This document shows, one piece after another, positions 56,988 through 64,000 of a stretch of DNA of 64,000 nucleotides. Both the position numbers and the translations under genes were made by a program. Within the stretch, counting starts at the first letter, position 1; each line of letters starts with the position of its first letter. Source of the stretch: an uncultured Candidatus Izemoplasmatales bacterium (lineage in GTDB: Bacteria; Bacillota_I; Bacilli_A; Izemoplasmatales; Hujiaoplasmataceae); contig CAZABW010000003.1 of the NCBI GenBank assembly GCA_964483655.1, positions 12,252 through 76,251 of the forward strand. Direction: 5' to 3'. The notes below the pieces were generated by a model. That model was not told where the DNA came from. It searched no databases and was given only the letters and a program-made list of their open reading frames with translations.

Positions 56988-58515
56988 ACGCATTCAAGAA
57001 TGTCGGAAACTAGCGAAGAAAATCGCAACCGATGTGCAATATTTTATCGACCAACATACCACGAAAACCGTTGAACGAGCGATTTTGCGGATGCTTGGTG
57101 TCGATGGGGTGGATGCGCAAGAAGTTCCCATTGTGAATCGTTTGGTCGATCACTTAGAAGAACAAGGAAAACTGGCAGATGGGATTTCCATTTGGATAGC
57201 GACTAGGATGAAATCTCAACGAAAAACCTTAGAAGCAGTGGTCCAGGATTTTATCGAACGCGATATCTCGTTCGTGGAAGGGGATCTAATCCCTCAAAGT
57301 GAAGCGATGAACTTGTTACTTCCTTATGTGGATCGTTCGCTAGATACTGTATTACGAAATAAACAAATTCGCCAAGAACAATTAGCAAAGTCCCCTAAAA
57401 AAACTACCGAGCTCTATGTTATTGTCGCAACAGGAAACATCCATGAAGATGTCAAACAAGCCAAGGCCGCTGCAGAAAGTGGCGCTGATATTATCGCTGT
57501 CATTCGGACAACCGGACAATCCCTCCTCGATTATGTTCCCTATGGGCTAACCACCGAAGGGTTTGGAGGAACATATGCAACCCAAGCGAATTTCAAACTC
57601 ATGCGCAAAGCCCTTGATGAAGTAGGAGAAACCTTAGGGCGTTATATCAAACTCGTCAATTATGCTTCGGGATTGTGCATGCCAGAAATCGCCGCAATGG
57701 CTGCTTTGGAACGTCTGGATGTGTTATTAAATGATTCCATGTATGGGATTATTTTCCGTGACATCAATATGAAACGGACCTTCGTAGATCAATTCTTTTC
57801 ACGCCGAATCAATGCGTTTGCTGGGATTATCATAAATACAGGAGAAGATAATTATTTAACAACAGCTGATGCCATTGACGAGGCTCATACGGTGTTAGCT
57901 TCTCAATTTATCAACGAACAATTTGCTTTTTTAGCGAAATTAAAAGAAGAACTGATGGGGTTGGGACATGCTTTCGAAATTGATCCTCATGTGAAAAATG
58001 GCTTTTTATATGAAATTGCTCAGGCGCAAATGGCCCGCCAAATCTTCCCGAAAGCGCCGTTAAAATACATGCCGCCAACCAAGCACATTAACGGAAATAT
58101 CTTCCGTGCTTATCAACAAAACACTTTATTTAATGTCGCAACGCAAATGACCAATCAATCGATTCATTTGTTAGGTATTTTAACCGAAGCCATCCACACG
58201 CCATTTTTAAGCGATCGTCATCTTGCCATTCAAAATGCTAAAATGATTCAAACAACGATGGCAGATTTCGCAGATGAGATCGAGTATAAGCGCGGAGGAA
58301 TCATCGAATCACGAGCGCAAGAAGTGCTTGAAAAAGCGCATGAGTTATTAAAGAATATCGCTAAAGATGGACTTTTCAACAGTTTAGAAAAAGGTGTTTT
58401 TGCGAATGTGAAACGATCTCCTGATGGAGGAAAAGGATTACTGGGAGTGAAGGAAAAAAGTCCACATTACTTCAATGTCATACTGGATCGAATGGAGGCT
58501 TACGATGCTAATTAG
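56962..58515 (+). CDS. kamD: lysine 5,6-aminomutase alpha subunit
   Basis: ~517 aa from the ATG at 56962. The N-terminus (...KLAKKIATDVQYFIDQHTT) resembles C. sticklandii KamD as I recall it; followed by the B12-binding subunit. Confidence 0.8.
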   Translation: MNQLTLSHERIQECRKLAKKIATDVQYFIDQHTTKTVERAILRMLGVDGVDAQEVPIVNRLVDHLEEQGKLADGISIWIATRMKSQRKTLEAVVQDFIERDISFVEGDLIPQSEAMNLLLPYVDRSLDTVLRNKQIRQEQLAKSPKKTTELYVIVATGNIHEDVKQAKAAAESGADIIAVIRTTGQSLLDYVPYGLTTEGFGGTYATQANFKLMRKALDEVGETLGRYIKLVNYASGLCMPEIAAMAALERLDVLLNDSMYGIIFRDINMKRTFVDQFFSRRINAFAGIIINTGEDNYLTTADAIDEAHTVLASQFINEQFAFLAKLKEELMGLGHAFEIDPHVKNGFLYEIAQAQMARQIFPKAPLKYMPPTKHINGNIFRAYQQNTLFNVATQMTNQSIHLLGILTEAIHTPFLSDRHLAIQNAKMIQTTMADFADEIEYKRGGIIESRAQEVLEKAHELLKNIAKDGLFNSLEKGVFANVKRSPDGGKGLLGVKEKSPHYFNVILDRMEAYDAN

Positions 58516-59239
58516 ACCTTATGGAGATACTTTAGATGATGGCAAGATTCAAATCAGTTTTAGCTTGCCATTGGAATTATCAGCTCATTCGATAGAAGTA
58601 GCGAAACAGTATTCGGAACAACTTCAACTTGTGGATGTAAGTATTGTTCATGCGGAATCATTAGGAAAAGGTTTTAGCTTTTACATCGTCTATGGAAGGT
58701 CAACAATCGCCATTGACCCAACCAAGATTACCGTTCAAGACGTGGAAACGACAGCCCTGAGTAAAGAAGAAATTGAACAACTCATTCAAGATAAAATTGG
58801 TCGTGATATCGTTATTATAGGGGCATCTACAGGCTCGGATGCTCATACCGTTGGAATTGATGCAATTATGAATATGAAAGGCTATGCCGGTCATTATGGC
58901 TTGGAACGATACCATCATATCCAAGCGCATAATCTTGGATCCCAAGTTCCAAATGAATGGTTTGTGAAACAAGCCAAAGAGCTTCATGCAGATGTTTTAT
59001 TGGTGAGTCAAACGGTTACCCAAAAAGAAGTTCATATTAAAAATTTAATCGAATTAGTCGAACTGTTAGAAGCCGAAAATATGCGTGATCAAGTCATCTT
59101 GATTTGTGGCGGAGCCCGAATTACCCATGAACTAGCCAAGGAACTTGGGTATGATGCGGGATTTGGACCAGGGAAATTCGCTGAAGATGTCGCTACATTT
59201 GCGGTCATGGAGCTCATTAAGAAGCAATCGAATTCATAG
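58505..59239 (+). CDS. kamE: lysine 5,6-aminomutase beta subunit (cobalamin-binding)
   Basis: RPYGDTLDDGKIQISFSLPL at the N-terminus and the DxHxxG base-off B12 motif (GSDAHTVGIDA). 11-nt overlap with kamD. Confidence 0.85.
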   Translation: MLIRPYGDTLDDGKIQISFSLPLELSAHSIEVAKQYSEQLQLVDVSIVHAESLGKGFSFYIVYGRSTIAIDPTKITVQDVETTALSKEEIEQLIQDKIGRDIVIIGASTGSDAHTVGIDAIMNMKGYAGHYGLERYHHIQAHNLGSQVPNEWFVKQAKELHADVLLVSQTVTQKEVHIKNLIELVELLEAENMRDQVILICGGARITHELAKELGYDAGFGPGKFAEDVATFAVMELIKKQSNS

Positions 59240-59279
59240 TTCGATGGATGGATTTTGTACCTTATTCACCGAATGACAG

Positions 59280-59308
59280 AAAAAAAACACGCAAAGTCGT
59301 GTTTTTTT
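59280..59308 (+). terminator. intrinsic terminator of the lysine operon
   Basis: AAAAAAACACG-caaagt-CGTGTTTTTTT. Confidence 0.85.
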
Positions 59309-59347
59309 CTTCGAGTTATCTTTTCAATCTCGATAGATGGGTATAGA

Positions 59348-59857
59348 ATGAAGAAGGATGTGATAATGATGAAACGACTCGTTCTTTGTTTGGGGTTGCT
59401 TTTGGTTTTATTCGGTTGTCAAACAACAACAACAACAACAACTGCTTCCTTAGAACCGACCTCCACTGGCATGTATGCAATCTATCGACAACAAGTTTAC
59501 CTTCATTTCAAAGATTTTAGTTTGGATGAGTTTACTTTGGATGTTTTTTGGGCTGAAGATTATGAAACGATTGTCATCGATTCACAGTTAGAAGCGTTGT
59601 GTCAAGCCACTTTAAATCCCTTCGTTACCGACTGGGACAGTTTACAATTTATGCCAGGGATGGCAGAGTTTGATGTGAAAGCTCGTTGGGTGTGGACCAA
59701 AGACAATCAAGTCGCTACAATCGAATATCAATTATCTTTTCAAGATATCTACTACCTTGTCATTAGCTATCAAAATCAGGACCTCATCACACATAGCGCT
59801 ACCTTAACAGGGGACATGATCCCTCGAGATTTATTATCTACCCTGTTGCCTGAATAG
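59348..59857 (+). CDS. lipoprotein of unknown function
   Basis: Lipobox LVLFGC followed by a poly-Thr linker. The start must lie after the terminator; ATG at 59348, 59366 or 59369 are all possible. Confidence 0.55.
   Translation: MKKDVIMMKRLVLCLGLLLVLFGCQTTTTTTTASLEPTSTGMYAIYRQQVYLHFKDFSLDEFTLDVFWAEDYETIVIDSQLEALCQATLNPFVTDWDSLQFMPGMAEFDVKARWVWTKDNQVATIEYQLSFQDIYYLVISYQNQDLITHSATLTGDMIPRDLLSTLLPE
59422..59442 (+). repeat. (AAC)7 trinucleotide microsatellite encoding the poly-Thr linker
   Basis: Seven perfect AAC units, read in frame as ACA/ACT Thr codons immediately after the lipobox Cys-Gln. Confidence 0.9.
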
Positions 59858-59884
59858 GTATCATAAAGTTCATTCAAGGAGGGG

Positions 59885-61195
59885 ATGTCATTGAGGCACT
59901 CTCGAAAAGAACGGTTTGAACAAACACAGCGTGCACGCTGGCTTTCGAATCTATTTACTGTGTCCATGAGCGTTGTTGTCGTCGCCGTTGTGTTATTACT
60001 TCCTGAAGCCAATGCCTATGCCCAGCTCATGGATGTGTTTGCTGATCAAAACTCGATTTACTACCAAGTCTATTCGGTTCAACTCCCTAGTGAAGCTAAA
60101 GTGCCTTCAGTCCGTTTAGTAGTGGAAAGTCAGTTTGAGACAATCACCGAAGAACTTCCCGATGGGGACGTTCAAGGACGAATATCTAATTTGCGAGAGA
60201 ACACCCAATATCAGGTAAAACTCGTCGGCAATAAGGGGTTTGGCGATTATCTCATGGATCAAATGACCATTCGTACCATCGCAAGTCCTCAAGTCCGGTT
60301 GTTTTTAGAAACGAGTTCACTCCCAGATTCAGAAGAAGTATGGGTAAGTGGTCATTTCATTGGAGAATTGCCCACCGATGGTACGTTGTCTCTTTGGATG
60401 GCTGTGGGATATGGCAATCAGGTTCCTTACAGAGACGATTATGAGCCGATTGACTTTACGGACTCCGCCTTTGAACTCTCTCCAATGTATGCTTATGGCC
60501 AAACCTTATTTTTTCTGCTAGACTGGACCAATTCTGAAAATGTGACAACCATCTTGGTTCAAAATACGTTGCGATTAGTTCAAGAATCGATGCACTCTTT
60601 GTATTTGAGTGCACTAGGACCCCATCATCTTGGTGTTCATGCATATCCTCCTTCTGATTTAGGGAGTCATGTTTCCCTTGAACTTCGTGTTCTTGAAAAA
60701 AGCCGGATCCTTCATAAAAAAGTGATTTCGTTCTCATCACAGGACCACTATGAATCCCCTGACCCCCATTTCTTTTTCGGTCTAAAACAAAATACTCTTT
60801 ATATTCTGGAACTATGGGCAAGGTATTATGACGCTATTTTAAATCGTCAGATTGAGAAGCGAATCGATCAAATCGAAGTATTTACCCCTCCCCTCTTTCA
60901 GATTCAAATTCTTGAAGTCTTTCAAGAGGGAGCGAAATGGGAGGTTATTGTCAATGACCCTTCTTCAGTGTTACAGGAAACTCAAGTCATGATCCACTTT
61001 CTTGAAACCAATCAACACTATTTTGCCTCCCTTGTATTGCAAGAACAAGTGGATGGAACGATGAAAGCCGTTATTCAGGTTCCAAACGCATCGGTAGGTG
61101 CGTATGAAATGCAGATTGTCGCTACGATAGCCCTTGAAAATGAAGTCAGTTATTTCATGGTTGAACTAACCAGGAAGGAAGGAATTTACGAATGA
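59885..61195 (+). CDS. single-pass membrane protein with about four extracellular beta-sandwich-like modules, function unknown
   Basis: Basic cytoplasmic N-terminus and one TM helix (VSMSVVVVAVVLLLP). Then ~95-aa segments with FN3-like endings (NTQYQVKLVG, NTLYILELWA). RBS aaggagggg. Confidence 0.55.
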   Translation: MSLRHSRKERFEQTQRARWLSNLFTVSMSVVVVAVVLLLPEANAYAQLMDVFADQNSIYYQVYSVQLPSEAKVPSVRLVVESQFETITEELPDGDVQGRISNLRENTQYQVKLVGNKGFGDYLMDQMTIRTIASPQVRLFLETSSLPDSEEVWVSGHFIGELPTDGTLSLWMAVGYGNQVPYRDDYEPIDFTDSAFELSPMYAYGQTLFFLLDWTNSENVTTILVQNTLRLVQESMHSLYLSALGPHHLGVHAYPPSDLGSHVSLELRVLEKSRILHKKVISFSSQDHYESPDPHFFFGLKQNTLYILELWARYYDAILNRQIEKRIDQIEVFTPPLFQIQILEVFQEGAKWEVIVNDPSSVLQETQVMIHFLETNQHYFASLVLQEQVDGTMKAVIQVPNASVGAYEMQIVATIALENEVSYFMVELTRKEGIYE

Positions 61196-62151
61196 AACAT
61201 TGGAAGGAAATGAGTCGGTCAAAACGAATCTGGATGATCGGGTTACTGGTGTTAATTTTACTTCTTTTGATTGCGAGTTCTTTAGCAAGTGTCTTGTTTC
61301 CAAATACGTTATTTTCTCAAGTGGTAGATCAAAGCATTGGCAAATTTTTTAATCTCTTTGGCTTTTTTGTGGACAATTATGTCAGACTTTTGGAAACAGC
61401 GACGATTATTTTCTTTGTTTGGTTGATTGCGAAAGTGATTCAATTTCTCATTCAAATCACCACGAACAAATCACAACGATCCCAAACCGTCGGTGCTTTA
61501 TTTTCCTCCATCATTAAATATGGATCGGTACTTCTTATGGTATTTTTGATTCTTGCTGCTTGGGGAGTTCAAACGCAAACGTTGTTAGCTGGTGCTGGGA
61601 TTTTAGGTCTCGCATTATCCTTTGGAGCACAAAGTTTAATTGAGGATGTCATTAGTGGTTTATTCTTAATCTTTGAGCGACAATTTCAAGTGGGCGATGT
61701 CATTCAGATTGATTCGTTTCGAGGAACGGTGATTGAAATCGGGATTCGAGCCACTCGATTTGAAGATTTGAATGGGGACATTAAAATCGTCAATAACTCA
61801 GATATTAGAGGAGCCATCAACACCTCAGCTCATTTATCTTTAGCGATTTGCGATGTCTCAGTTAGTTATGGAGCGAATTTAAAAGAAGTCGAGCAAGTCA
61901 TTTTAGATGCTCTACCAGACATCAAAAACCAAATTCCAGACATTCAGGAAGGCCCAACGTATCGCGGGGTTCAATCGTTAGGAGAATCCAGCGTCGTTTT
62001 ACGTGTCGTTGCGAAAGCCCCAGAAATGAAGAAATATCAAGTCACTCGGGATTTAAACCGTGCTATCAAACTACTTTTTGATGAAAAAGGCGTCCAAATT
62101 CCATTTCCCCAATTGGTGGTTCATATGGAGTCGGAAGTGAAAAAAGACTAG
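61192..62151 (+). CDS. MscS-family mechanosensitive channel
   Basis: 319 aa, three TM helices followed by GAQSLIEDVISGLFLIFERQFQVGDVI, the conserved MscS pore/beta-domain motif. ATGA overlap with the upstream gene. Confidence 0.85.
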   Translation: MKHWKEMSRSKRIWMIGLLVLILLLLIASSLASVLFPNTLFSQVVDQSIGKFFNLFGFFVDNYVRLLETATIIFFVWLIAKVIQFLIQITTNKSQRSQTVGALFSSIIKYGSVLLMVFLILAAWGVQTQTLLAGAGILGLALSFGAQSLIEDVISGLFLIFERQFQVGDVIQIDSFRGTVIEIGIRATRFEDLNGDIKIVNNSDIRGAINTSAHLSLAICDVSVSYGANLKEVEQVILDALPDIKNQIPDIQEGPTYRGVQSLGESSVVLRVVAKAPEMKKYQVTRDLNRAIKLLFDEKGVQIPFPQLVVHMESEVKKD

Positions 62152-62169
62152 CCCATGCTAGTTTTTTTT
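62141..62169 (+). terminator. intrinsic terminator
   Basis: AAAAAGACTAGC-ccat-GCTAGTTTTTTTT; the stop codon lies inside the stem. Confidence 0.75.
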
Positions 62170-62264
62170 CACATTGAGGTTTTCTGCTTTTTTCTCGAAC
62201 CGATATTTGATACAATATGTTAAACAAGATTTGATTAACGATTCCATCCAGAGAGGTAGACGCC

Positions 62265-62804
62265 ATGAAAAACGAACCCCTAATTCGAAATATTTCCACG
62301 ACGACCGGAGATAAAGGCACCACCCAAAATTATTCTTCTGAAACCCTGAAGAAAACTGATTTGTTATTTGAAGCGCTCGGTGCAATGGATGAGTTATCCA
62401 GCCATTTAGGATTGTGTTATCACTATACGCAAGAACTTGATTTGATGCAAATTCAACGAATCTTACAAACGATTAACTCCTTACTGGCTACAAATCCAAA
62501 AACCGACGCTTCTCGATATGAAAAACTAACGAAAGTAACAGAAGAAGATATTGCTTGGCTCGAGTCCTTAGGTGAAATGATGCTTCAAAAAAAACCTCTC
62601 GAACCTCGGTTTGTTTTGCCTGGTAGTGAATCGACACTTCCCGGAGCCTATGTTGATGTAGCGAGAGCGGTGTGTCGTCGCTGTGAGCGACAAGTGATTC
62701 GATTTCGCGATCAAGCAGAACGTGAGGATTTACATAAACCACTCATCTTCTTAAATCGTTGTTCGGATTATCTCTTTTTACTCGCTCGTTCATTCTTAGA
62801 ATAA
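62265..62804 (+). CDS. pduO: PduO-type ATP:cob(I)alamin adenosyltransferase
   Basis: TTTGDKGTT near the N-terminus, ALGAMDELSSHLG and LPG motifs; 179 aa. Confidence 0.85.
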   Translation: MKNEPLIRNISTTTGDKGTTQNYSSETLKKTDLLFEALGAMDELSSHLGLCYHYTQELDLMQIQRILQTINSLLATNPKTDASRYEKLTKVTEEDIAWLESLGEMMLQKKPLEPRFVLPGSESTLPGAYVDVARAVCRRCERQVIRFRDQAEREDLHKPLIFLNRCSDYLFLLARSFLE

Positions 62805-62812
62805 TAATCTTT

Positions 62813-62854
62813 GAACCGTCTTCATCTCTTTCGATGGAAGATGGTTCTTTTTTT
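62813..62854 (+). terminator. intrinsic terminator
   Basis: GAACCGTCTTCATC / GATGGAAGATGGTTC stem (one bulge, one G-U) followed by TTTTTTT. Confidence 0.75.
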
Positions 62855-62952
62855 AAATCGTCTCTGAAATGAATCGAATCAAGCGAAACGGTGGTATCTT
62901 TTACTATAGTAAAGTGGTATAATACTTTTTTAGTGGGTCTGTGAAATAGTCT

Positions 62953-62981
62953 TTGAAAGCCAAAATCCGCTGTGTTATAAT
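62953..62981 (+). promoter_or_regulatory. sigma-A promoter of the glutamate mutase operon
   Basis: TTGAAA (62953-62958), 17-nt spacer, TGt-TATAAT (62973-62981). Confidence 0.65.
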
Positions 62982-63021
62982 ATTATTATAAAAACGCTTA
63001 CAAACAAAGAGGTAGCTTATA

Positions 63022-63426
63022 TTGAAATCAATTGTAATCGGCGTCATTGGAGCCGATGTTCACGCAGTAGGAAACAAGATTATTGAATATACGTTAAATA
63101 ATGCCGGCTATAATGTCATTAACATCGGCGTGCTTTCATCTCAAGAAGATTTCATCAATGCGGCCATCGAAACCAATGCCGATTTAATCATGGTTTCTTC
63201 GCTTTATGGTCACGGTGAAATCGACTGTCGAGGCATGCGCGATAAATGTGTGGAAGCCGGCATTCCCAATATATTACTCTATGTTGGTGGGAATATTGTC
63301 GTTGGAAAACAAGATTTTGATGAAGTTCGGAAACGCTTTTTTGCGATGGGATTTAACCGCGTTTACGCCCCAGGAACCAACATTGATCAGGCTTTAGCTG
63401 ACATTCGTACGGACTTAGGAGAGTAG
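63022..63426 (+). CDS. glmS: glutamate mutase (methylaspartate mutase) small, cobalamin-binding subunit
   Basis: TTG start after aaagagg. 134 aa with [11 protein letters not shown] (DxHxxG) and [13 protein letters not shown]; close to clostridial GlmS/MutS as I recall it. Confidence 0.9.
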   Translation: MKSIVIGVIGADVHAVGNKIIEYTLNNAGYNVINIGVLSSQEDFINAAIETNADLIMVSSLYGHGEIDCRGMRDKCVEAGIPNILLYVGGNIVVGKQDFDEVRKRFFAMGFNRVYAPGTNIDQALADIRTDLGE

Positions 63427-63427
63427 T

Positions 63428-64000
63428 ATGGCGCTCTATTTGCTTATTGATTTCGGATCAACATTTACGAAATTAACAGCAGTATCCACCGAAGTACGTG
63501 ATATCATCGCTACGTCGCAACACTATACAACCGTAGAGACAGATATCACCATCGGGTATCAACATGCTTTGGATATGCTTCACGAGCGGCTTGGCTACAA
63601 GCCGCATTTTGATGAAATCATTGCTTGTTCTTCCGCGGCGGGTGGCTTAAAAATGGCTGCGATTGGGTTAGTGGAAGAATTAACTGTCGAAGCAGCGAAA
63701 CGGGTTTGTCTAGGGGCTGGAGCGAAAGTCGATTTAGTCTTTAGTCATCACTTAAATAAAAGTGAAGTACGCTTAATCCAAGAAAAAAAGATTGATATCA
63801 TCCTCTTAGCGGGGGGCGCGGATGGTGGAAACAGTGAATGCGTTCTATTTAATGCCAACATGCTTGGGGAAATGGGTGTAGCGATTCCGATTGTTTATGC
63901 TGGAAATAAATCTTGTCAAGACGAAATCAAAGACATTTTTGAGAAGTATCATCTCGATGGGTATTTCGCAGACAATGTGATGCCTAAGATTAATCAGTTA
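63428..64000 (+). CDS. glmL: glutamate mutase accessory/reactivating protein GlmL (MutL), N-terminal part; 3' end outside window
   Basis: Frame is open from the ATG at 63428 to the window end. MALYLLIDFGSTFTKLTAV (ASKHA phosphate-1 motif), SSAAGGLKM, LAGGADGGN. Confidence 0.8.
   Translation, partial: MALYLLIDFGSTFTKLTAVSTEVRDIIATSQHYTTVETDITIGYQHALDMLHERLGYKPHFDEIIACSSAAGGLKMAAIGLVEELTVEAAKRVCLGAGAKVDLVFSHHLNKSEVRLIQEKKIDIILLAGGADGGNSECVLFNANMLGEMGVAIPIVYAGNKSCQDEIKDIFEKYHLDGYFADNVMPKINQL

Noticed and set aside
62152-63021. Possible cobalamin riboswitch upstream of the adenosyltransferase or glmS.
   Set aside because: Both leaders are short (under 100 nt after the promoters) and lack a B12-box-like GCCACTG element or extended structure.
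1-64000. Alternative genetic code (TGA as Trp), CRISPR arrays, tRNA/rRNA genes, transposases, integrases, prophage or defence-system genes.
   Set aside because: TGA terminates many well-defined genes (numerous ATGA overlaps) and Trp is encoded by TGG. I saw no spaced direct-repeat arrays, no cloverleaf-like or rRNA-like segments in the short intergenic regions, and no ORFs with DDE or recombinase, nuclease-helicase or toxin-antitoxin signatures.

Overview
This 64-kb window is densely coded, mostly on the + strand, and looks like a low-GC Gram-positive-type anaerobe (Bacillota-like) using the standard code (TGA is a stop, TGG is Trp). I saw no rRNA, tRNA, CRISPR array, transposase, integrase or phage genes. 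Contents in order: (1) the 3' end of a gluconokinase gene plus a GntP permease. (2) An alpha/beta hydrolase and a tocopherol-cyclase-like gene. (3) A 7-gene Mrp/Mbh-type cation:proton antiporter module with no MrpA. (4) A large membrane PAS-GGDEF-HD-GYP c-di-GMP protein on the minus strand. (5) An M48 protease coupled to a flavodoxin-ferredoxin fusion. (6) A PadR regulator with an internally repetitive membrane protein. (7) A predicted single 18-gene, ~19.7-kb operon for anaerobic purine/urate catabolism. It has two xanthine-dehydrogenase-family enzymes, MocA/XdhC/P-loop maturation genes, hydantoinase-, SsnA-, YgeY- and YgeW-like enzymes, a PreA-like reductase, adenine deaminase and two PLP enzymes, with a convergent guanine deaminase. 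(8) GrpB/GNAT small genes. (9) A starch/maltodextrin locus: GH13 enzyme, membrane-anchored pullulanase, MalEFG-type ABC transporter, lipoprotein amylase and a small lipoprotein. (10) Housekeeping-type small genes (ThpR, VOC, gamma-CA-like, HD). (11) A lysine-riboswitch-like leader followed by a 10-gene lysine fermentation operon (CoA-transferase, kal, kce, kdd, kamA, unknown gene, kamDE). (12) An envelope trio (lipoprotein, multi-domain single-pass protein, MscS). (13) A PduO-type adenosyltransferase and the start of a glutamate mutase operon (glmS, glmL). The items most worth follow-up are the purine operon's unassigned members (PLP pair, embedded membrane protein, small NTPase, PreA-like reductase), the lysine riboswitch wired to a catabolic operon (probable ON switch), and the uncharacterised P-loop-like gene between kamA and kamD. 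All calls rest on motif recognition and gene context by eye; no searches were run.
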